The notes below the pieces were generated by a model that worked only from the letters and a program-made list of their open reading frames with translations, was not told the DNA's origin and did not search any database. Position numbers and translations under genes: made by a program. A stretch of DNA of 64,000 bases from Lingula anatina (taxonomy: Eukaryota; Animalia; Brachiopoda), in the NCBI GenBank assembly GCA_051362555.1, contig CM120644.1, positions 18,808,534 to 18,872,533 of the forward strand, given 5' to 3'. Positions within the stretch are counted from its first letter, which is position 1. Each line of letters starts with the position of its first letter. Positions 52,941 through 64,000 of this stretch are shown here, one piece after another.

Positions 52941-53851
52941 GTTAATAAAAAAATACCGGAGTGCGTATAATTCTTCTTCTTTTAATGAATCCTTCTCGAT
53001 ATGCAACATCCATTTTGTATCTTAAATCTATCTTATGTTTTTATTATTGAACATAACATAACTGAACTTTTATTATTATTATTACTATTATTATTATTAT
53101 TATTACTGCTTGAGGGTAGTATACCTGTGTGATAAAATTGAAAAAAACACTCAGTTTGTTATAATAGACTTTCTCGTAATCTCATCGGAAGAAAAATATA
53201 TTTGATGACCCGCGGTGCTGTATTTTAAGATTTGAAACGCATATTCCCACTGAAGACTGTCCTCACACAACCCGCCAGTATCACTGGGTCGTATCTGTCT
53301 ATTTGATGGACTGCAGTAAACTCGATGTTTATCTTTTTTTTTCCACGGAAGAAATTTGTGTGATAAAAGATAACAACACATAGGCGTCAGTGTGTATTAT
53401 AATATTGTCGGAAGGTATAATCACAGAAGAATGCTTTTGATTATTTAGTTTCTTAAACCCATTATTAACTTAACTAACAACAAAAGAAAAACCGTTGGTA
53501 TCTCGATAATCATCCGGAACTAACGCACGCAGGCTATCTCTAAGGGCAGTCCGCTTTATCTACATGTCACACTTTAGATTACTTTTAGATATGGGAATAC
53601 CTTGCAGGGTTTTGCATACTTATCGAACAAAACATGTCCTTAAAACAGCCGTTTCGTCTGAACGACTAACCCAAACCTGTACTAATAATATGGGACCTCG
53701 GACTTCCATCCCTAGGGCTCATTCCCACTGAAACAATCGGTCTACGTAAATCGATCCAACTCCGTGGGAACTCCCGCTGAATGCAATCAGTTTAACAGAG
53801 CAAGACGCCCCCTCTTGTTTCTAACGTAATCGCATATTCATCAGGTTTTAA

Positions 53852-55234
53852 AGGTATACTGTGATGAAAAAACGGGTTAAAACTATCCGTTAGGTGCCCA
53901 AAAGTCATTTTTGAGTAATGAAAAAAAAGTTTATTTAGTTTTTAAAGCCGATTTTATGCAGGTGTGAATGTAGTTTATGATACTCCCGCGTGGTGGCGCT
54001 TTAAGGCGAGTGACGTCACTAGCGTCAAGGCTCAGAAAGCCATATTCGATTCAGCTATCCGCTTGCTAGCAGTGCAAACTAAAAGCGATACACGCAATTG
54101 ATCACTACATGATCATTTATAAATTCAAACTTTTGAAGATAGATACACAAAAGAAGATGAATTCCCCACGTGGTTATCATTTATTAACCAACAAAATACA
54201 CCAAAACTATGTTAACAGTAAAGGTTTGGAAGCAGGGCAGCGAACACAGTTTTTCACACATTGCCCATCTGTCGCGTCGGCTGAACGTTCTTATCCCGAC
54301 TGATAAGAGAAAGTTACCTAATACATGCTGGTGTGACAGCTAACATTATTTTTCACACCCGTGCAGTTTACCAGTGTCATTCCGGGAGAGCCAGGTCAGT
54401 GGACAAAAGGCCAAAGATATCGGACTGATAGCATCGGACACTACATTTCACACCTCTGCAACTTACCTCGCTACTTCTGCCTTACATGTGATCAGTGCAG
54501 CAGTATGTCGAGTAAAAATTTGATTCCACTATCATGTTAATATTAACGTTTTCACTAACATAACCAAAAAATTCGACAACGTAATTCTGCTACGAACTAT
54601 TTTTTGGGCTCTAGAAGCTGCTCTCTTCTTCCTTTCGACGGCCGCATCATGCACACATCCTACAGGTAAGACTCTCGTCGGCAGCGCTCTGGCATTTACT
54701 GTCGCATTTTGGTACTCCGAAAAATCGAATATACTGGGTACAGCATCATCTTTTAGTTTTCTCCGTGCTTTTCCACCGCACAATTCAGCTCGCAGGTCAC
54801 GTACGAAGCATTCCGGCTCGAAGTGGTCGCTACAGATCCTCGCGTGTTTTGACACTGTGCTGGGGTTTTTTAACTTCAGAGAATTGAGCCAAATTTTACG
54901 TTTAGCGGCATCCGCAGGCAGGATATAATAGCAGATGTCTTTCTTATTGTAACCTACATTACGGCACCCGGGAGCAACACAACTTTGTGGCATTTGTTTT
55001 TCTGACACCTGGATGTTTAGTCGCCTACTGCATAGTATATACTATTACTAGTACAGCTGTGGGAAGCTACTCCACGGGTTACGTCACTAGAAACTGACCA
55101 ATCAGAATTTTCTCATCTAAATCTCATCTTTTCTCTCTAAAACTTAAAAAGAACAATTTTTTGACGTGGATTTATAGTTTTTATACTGTAAAAAAAGCAG
55201 TGAACGCTATGTGTTCCTAGAGCGCAGTAGGCCT
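53852..55234 (-). mobile_element. Non-autonomous THAP-bearing Kolobok transposon
   Basis: TTAA on both sides, termini AGGTATACTG / CAGTAGGCCT, contains a THAP ORF. Confidence 0.8.
54532..54993 (-). CDS. THAP zinc-finger domain ORF (truncated transposase N-terminus)
   Basis: MPQSCVAPGC...P....KRKIW...RICSDHFEPECF...LKDDAVPSIF matches the C2CH THAP signature with AVP box. No DDE domain follows. Confidence 0.85.
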   Translation of the reverse strand: MPQSCVAPGCRNVGYNKKDICYYILPADAAKRKIWLNSLKLKNPSTVSKHARICSDHFEPECFVRDLRAELCGGKARRKLKDDAVPSIFDFSEYQNATVNARALPTRVLPVGCVHDAAVERKKRAASRAQKIVRSRITLSNFLVMLVKTLILT

Positions 55235-55518
55235 TTAAGTGTTCTACTCAACGCCAGGGGGAGTCGTGGTAATCTGTTGAACTGATTGCATTTAGCGAGA
55301 GGCCCAACGGAGTTGGCTCGATTTACGTAGACCGATAGTTTCAATGGGAATTATCCCTAAGACTACCATTCCTGTCACACCGGCTTTATAATACCTAGTA
55401 CGGCTCGTACGTTCTATACGGCAGTGACGGCCTCTAGCACAGTGCGGACATTCTTGATAATATGAGAAAATGATTAATATCAAATAGTTTTTCCCTATTT
55501 TTCAGCTCTTTTGAAGTG

Positions 55519-57499
<1,981 letters not shown>

Positions 57500-58836
57500 C
57501 GGTTTTTAAGCTTCACAATAGACCCACAAGAAACTGAAATCAAGTTGAGCAGTCGCGTGAAATGCTGAAGAAGTGAGAACAGTATAACAGTATCTATGTG
57601 GAAAGTCGTGGGATTCTATTTGATATCTTCATGACACATTTCGTTACGTTGAGCGTTTGCTCGACACAAGAATGGCATCCAAAGCCCATGATCGTAAAAA
57701 TAATTACTTACAAATTTATTTTTCTTATCGAAGTAACGATTAGTGTTAGTTCCGGGAACAAAATGTTTAAGACGAACCCATCTTCACATTTGCTGATATG
57801 CGCTTCTTCCATCATTTATGTTTTGTATCTCGGCAATATATTTAAGAACCGAGTATATATATATATAATATATTTTATTCTAGCCTTAACTTTATGTTTT
57901 AAAGTGTCCAGTCACGTCAATCAAAGAGGAAAAACACGAGCCATATGATCAAACTTAACTTGTCATGTTTTCATTTGTATGGCTATACTTTTTAATGGCG
58001 ATTTTATGGAGTAAAAATTAGTCTGTAAAGACCAAGTTGGTTTACTATATACCAAAAACTTAATGTATCCCAAAATTACTTTAGAAATGAACTTATCGAA
58101 ATTCTATATCAGTATTTTCAAGTAACTGTATAGACTGTGACTTCACTATAATGTTAAAAGTATCCAATAAGATTCAATACGTACTAATACGCAAAAATGG
58201 ATGGCTATGTGCACTAGTGAATGACAAAAGAGCTCTAAACATTGAACGTAAATAAAATTTAATGCAATTTACGTACATGCATGTTATAAACGAGATAAAC
58301 GTGTAAAGCGTGATGAATAAATTGACAACAATAGATCGTCTACGAATCACCGGGGCCAATGTTTATTCTCTTGAATAGTTTTTTTCTTTATTATTATTAT
58401 TATTAAAGAAGAAGAAAGAAAGAAGCTATTTTTTGTCTCTTACGCACCAGTCTGTACTGGTGAAAATGTACATGTACATATGGATATAACTAAATAATTC
58501 GGGATTTATACTAAACTAAAACCTGTCAACTTGAATGAAGCAAATATGACTTGGGTAGTATATGTTATTTTCCTTATGATCAGGTATCTTTCCAGTAAAG
58601 ATACGTAGGAAATCGAAAATATCAGCATGAAATCAAAATCTTGAAAACCTCATACATGTACGTGTATGATGGTCCAAGTTATATTTACCATGTTTTTTCT
58701 CCGAATGAAAAGAATAATATTTATAATAATATTAACCTGAAAAACGATTTATTATTTTGATAATATTTTAATAGATAAAGCATGAATGGCAACATGGGCT
58801 CGTGGTTAGAGCTGACATGGTTTTGTGGCGGGAAGA

Positions 58837-58870
<34 letters not shown>

Positions 58871-60105
58871 CGTTTGCGCGCGCGCGCGTGTGTGTGGCTC
58901 TAATGCTCATTGGCATGTCTGATTATAAACAAATGTGAAAGCCGAGGGAAGACCCCCCCCCCCACTCCTTGCCCCAAGGATCTGCCACTGCTTGTACCGG
59001 CACCCTCATTCCTGCAAGCAAAATGCGTGTGTCTGCACGTGCATGCGTGAATGACTTCTTAAATTTTATAAAAAAAAAAAACAATCATTAGAGAACAACC
59101 CTGCTATAAGCGTGTTATCAAGGTCATCCATACCTGGTATCCACATGACCTTGCTCCGTCACCAAGTGCTGTTTTCACCACGCGTCACCATGGTTACCAT
59201 CCTAAAATGACAGCAATCTCACCGCAGCCATGAATATGTGCTATGCAGATCTGCTCTTACCGCCGCACATCAATACTTTATGAACAATATTTTGTGGGAA
59301 TTAATGTTTTCCACATGAAATGAAAAATTCAGAAGTGACTTCATTTTGAATTCTTGAAATTATTCTTTTGATGTGTTGATCAATGAAGAACAACAGGATA
59401 TAGGGATTGTATTAGAATACATTTAAATACACCGACACATCGGACTCGATGTGTTTGCAAACGTAGAATTATACATGAGCCATTTGAGGCCAAACTTATA
59501 ATAATAACTTACATTAAGTATGCATCTTTAATAGACTCTTAGACCATATAGAAAAATAACGAAAAATGACAAATCATATTTAATATATTCCTGTAATGAA
59601 ATTTAAAATTGGGAAAATTTATTCGTTTGATGTTGGTTTTCATAATTGATAAATGTTGATGATTTGAATACAATGCGCTTCAGTGACAGGAAATACCTGT
59701 TATTTTGGGTTACGCTTTGACTCACATAAAAGCTTATGCTAATAACTGTATGCAAATGAAAAAGTTTGCCTGCATGCTGCGCAGAGGAAGAGGTCCATCA
59801 TATTTCTATTTTATTCATTTGTTTATACATTAATTCATTTTGGTACAAGTACATTTTTGGCAATGACTCTGATCTAACAGGTTTAAAACACATATATAGC
59901 AATGCGGGGGAGGGGGGGGGCGTGGGGCCGGGGGAGGGCGGTGGATCAAATCAGTAAAGCTAAAAGATGGACAGCAATCCTAAAATCTTTTTCCTATTTC
60001 CTCTCTCTCCCTCTCTCTCTCTCGATCTCTGGTTTACACACACATACACATATTCAAACAATGCACACCGTCACGTGTACGCCTTTACGTACACACGCGC
60101 GCCCG

Positions 60106-60155
<50 letters not shown>

Positions 60156-60780
60156 GGGTGGAAAGGCTTGTCCTTTCTTTTCCTGTATCGCCGCGATCCT
60201 AGCTTAGACATTTATAACATCTCAAAGGTGCTATTGAGCACGTTTTATCTGTACATGTACTGTATGTGCACACGTCCGTCTGCAACAAAGTGGGTGTCAT
60301 CATACACACTGTATTTCAGTCGTTAAATAAATGAATCCTACAACTATCTAATACCTCTCTGCTGATTTAAGACAGAATATAGTCCTTGTGCGGCTTTAAA
60401 GTCTTGATACAACATTTGTCCCCTTAATACGCTGTGATTGTGCGGAGCTGAATAGTCTAATTTCGCACCCCTCCCTGCGTGGTTCTTAAGGTATGTGGTT
60501 GGGGTGGGTGGATCTTCCTCAGCCCTCCGGCTCATACACATAGGAATAAAATAGAATATTATTTTATCATTGTGACAAGGGTAAGTCTATAACTCCTACC
60601 CTGTGGACCTTTTTTTTTTTGTCAGAATACATTATACTAAAAAATGAAAACAACAGAAAAGATAGATTTAACAGGTCATGTCTAAATAAAGTAATTAATA
60701 ATGGTCAATTCACTACTGAATTCCTCTTTCTCAAAAACTTGTAACAAGTATGTAGCCGATTTCTTAGTGTTCACAGTCAT

Positions 60781-60824
<44 letters not shown>

Positions 60825-62468
60825 TATAATAGTCAAGACGAATTCTATTATTTTATTATTATTTTTTATAAGAAGGGCGCGGAGATTGGAAATAGTTTTG
60901 TTTTGCTTATTAGTCAAAACAACTTTTATTATTTCTTTAATTATCTTATATATGTAGGGTGTGGGGATTGAAAATTGTTTTGTTTCGCTTATTATTTTGT
61001 TTTAGGGGGAAGGAGAAGTGGGTGCATCCGAGGCTTGTTATTGGGCGCGTGGTCCACTTCAGCTTTGGCCACTGAAGAGCCATAAATCACACACACTTGA
61101 TACTGACCACGTTCATGACCGCGGCCCATCTTTAATTAACCCCACACCGTCGCGGCCACTCTAACCAATATGAAGCCATAAACGCAGGACATCTTTAGGC
61201 CGGGTGTTTCTTTTATTATCATTAGGTGCTTATTTACTTTCTACTGATCCATTCCTATATAATTTTATTACAGGTGATTGCGTTTCCCACACTGACTTTT
61301 TTCTCTAAAAAATTGTAAATTAGGTAAATGTGATTGGAAAAAGCTCCTACAGCATATTCCGACGAAAATTAACGTATAAAATACATAACTTTCAATCATT
61401 ACTATTTTTTATAAATATTGACCATCTATTACCTAATTTTTATACAAAACAGTTCTTTTTATATGTCTTAACTCCCGTTCTTGACCTCAACCACATCCTC
61501 TCGTGTCTCTGCATGCCCTCCGTCAAGCCCCTGTTACACCGAACTTGCCAATGCTCGGAGAATAAAATTTCCAACCCTCATCACCTTCAATATTGGCAGT
61601 TTGGGCAGTATTTCATAGTTAACATCAAATACATACATCAGCATTGATAAACCTTAGGTGTTTCGACGTTACTATTTATTCTTCTTACAGCAACGTGTTT
61701 GTCCTACGTTCTGTCTCAGAAATAATTTAAAACACAAGTGCCTGGAAGTTATCAAAGCTTTTATTTCCCAAGTAAAAATATTTACGATAATTTGAAAAAA
61801 AAAACATAATACAGAGAAAGTATCGCCTTGATTTATTCTTATCAGAAAACGAAAAGCTCAAACCATCCTCTTGATTATGCATAGACACCAACGAATGAAG
61901 AAGCTTATCTTAATCAAAACCAGATAACCGTTTTCAGTCAGTGAAAAAAAGAATAAATTGTTTCCCTGAATTAATGACCATTTCTCTATTCTTGGTCTCT
62001 CTCACAATAGAAAATGATTTACCATAGGTAAGGACTGTTTCAGTAGAAAACCACATACCTTTGTCACCTGAGGCATCACCTGTTAGAGACAGCACAACTT
62101 ACTCGGTTGTCAGGCGTTACCAACGGACAAAACTCCGTGGCCAAAAATGCACTTATGAAAAACCCACACAAAACAAAACTAGATGAGGCCATGACGCACC
62201 ACAACGAAATGAATGATTAATTACACTGTAAATTAAAGTTTATTAAGGGCCGGGGTGCAGCGCGACAACTCACTCAGTAATACTACCTCCTGAGGAGAGA
62301 ATCTCAGTACACGTGTTGTAGAAGGCCCGATCAGAGGGTAGCCTTGCCGTTATAAAGAATAACGCACCAAAACGACGAAGTTCATCGCCTTGGTAGTACA
62401 ATAGAAACATTCGCAACAGGTGTTTTGCACTATACCAAGAGCACGTATATTGTAAGGCGCTTGGAATC

Positions 62469-62605
62469 ATGGCGATGTCGATTCGGAATTTGTTGTTTTT
62501 TATTGCCTGCCTGGGATTATTCAGCAGTGCCAAGAGCAAACTGTGCTCAGAGCTGTCGCTGAAGAGCGGTTTTGCATGTGACAGGGATGATATGGAATAT
62601 CGCAG
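62469..62605 (+). CDS. Probable first coding exon of a secreted or membrane protein
   Basis: ATCATGG start, MAMSIRNLLFFIACLGLFSSAKSKLCSELSLKSGFACDRDDMEYR, then donor AG|GTAATA. Downstream exons not identified in the window. Confidence 0.45.
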
Positions 62606-63517
62606 GTAATAAAGGACAGTTAGCGTGTCTTAAGCCCTCTTTACACTGGACGGTGTCCTTTCTGCGTCCCGTTGTACGGCCCTGATTGAGAGTCAAAAAC
62701 AATGATACTTTTGCGTGCCGACAACTGGCCGATCATTGAGCATTCATTTGCAACCAAAGCGGTGCATGTGCCTTCTTTTTTTACGGAAAAAGGACGCAGA
62801 AAGGACGCCGTGCAGTGTAAAGCGGGTTTTAACGACGTATTGGCAAATACCAATTGATCTCCAGCAATTTAATAATTGACTTCTGGAATAGATTGACATT
62901 TCATGTATCAAAATACATTCATTAATTGATCTTGTCAAGAGAGAACATTTTCAGTGACATTTATTTGCAATACTTATTTGGTGGTCGGCGGTGATTCCCT
63001 GCATTTGCTCCAAATGTAGATAATCACAGCTGTGTTTGGCTGAGGGAAAGTTATACTTGTTACAGGTATAGCATATCATATAGTAATATAAATATTATCA
63101 AAAGTGCGAGAATCACTCGGTAATAAACAGCCAGTCTCCGCATTTCAATTGGACATAGGTCTACCGAGATGGCAAGTTTTGAACCATATTATTTTACCCA
63201 AGAACGGCATCATTTCAGAACCGTTAGAGGGTTAGCGTTAGCATGGGCGCATGGTATAGGAATGTACGCACCATGTGATTTATAAAAAATATTTCAGAAC
63301 ACCTTTGCTATTATGTTTATAACATATCTGAAATAATCTTGTTTTTCAACGGAAAAATATCCGCACCTGTTGATTTATATTAAATGCCAAAACTTTTCTA
63401 TGGAAAACAAAAGACTTATAATGTAAAGTGATAGTTATAATGTAAGGTGATACAAAACAATAAAAATACAATATAATACATTTTATTTCATGTCGGGTAT
63501 AAACATCCCTAAGCTTA

Positions 63518-63741
63518 GGGTGCATTCCCAGATATTTAGATCGATCCAGAGATTTAGATTTATATCGACCTAACACCCTGGGGGTTCACGCTAAATTGCA
63601 GTCACCCGAGCGCACACCACAGTTAATTACCCCCTTCAGCTTTTAGTAGGCGGGGCAGACGCTTAAGCCGGCTAAGCTGACAGTAATTTAGTGAGACTCC
63701 CCACAGGGATAGATCGATCTAAAATCTATAGGAATGGGGTC
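63518..63741. mobile_element. PIF/Harbinger-type MITE (inverted sister of 50134-50348)
   Basis: TSD TTA/TTA; internal sequence is reverse-complementary to 50134-50348. Confidence 0.82.
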
Positions 63742-64000
63742 TTAGTTTACACTTCATGTGATAAACCTGAATGGATCATTGCAGATATTTCTTATGTGTT
63801 CCGGGGTTGGATATGCCATACGTGTACAACTGCGCTAGCGGCACGTACTGTAACGATGACGTCACATTCCAGTGTGGATTCACGAAACCAAATAGACAAG
63901 AACCGGAAACAACAACTACTACTACTACTACTACGACCTCTGAGAGTAAGTCCTTTTTATTTTTCCATGGTTCTTCCAGATTAATGAGAAGTATATATGT

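Larger units (their letters stand above)
53715..55357. mobile_element. MITE with ~90-bp TIRs (probably PIF/Harbinger), split by a Kolobok insertion
   Basis: GGGCTCATTCCCACTGAAACAATCGGTCTACGTAAATCGA... is inverted at the right end (...TCGATTTACGTAGACCGATAGTTTCAATGGGAATTATCCC). TSD ambiguous (CTA/TAA). Confidence 0.72.

Noticed and set aside
62270-62938. Minus-strand ORFs of 64-89 aa
   Set aside because: No motif or splice support; the plus-strand signal-peptide exon explains the region better.

Overview
AT-rich, intron-containing animal genomic DNA, not prokaryotic. The repeat families and perlucin-like lectins suggest a marine invertebrate, probably a mollusc or other lophotrochozoan (inference). 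Most real genes are spliced and are missed or fragmented by the ORF track. (1) 1-11730: a gag-deleted Ty3/Gypsy element (5' LTR, tRNA-Leu-type PBS, partial pol, minus strand) is split by a complete ~7.9-kb PIF/Harbinger transposon. Both Harbinger genes (4-exon DDE transposase and 9-coding-exon Myb/SANT protein) splice in frame, and a non-autonomous hAT-like element sits in a Myb intron. (2) ~12-28 kb: decayed TE fragments, MITEs and an ~8.4-kb Helentron/HINE-like element with a ~162-bp tandem array and a nested TTAA-specific Kolobok-type element. (3) ~28.7-51.2 kb: three tandem segmental copies of a secreted coiled-coil + C-type lectin gene (two intact, one pseudogene). Their paralogous flanks supply empty sites for several TE insertions. 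(4) 53.7-64 kb: a THAP-bearing Kolobok inside a MITE, an unrecognised 4-exon gene for a 140-aa six-cysteine pre-pro-protein, and the probable first exon of another secreted protein. All calls come from reading the sequence by eye; no database searches were run.
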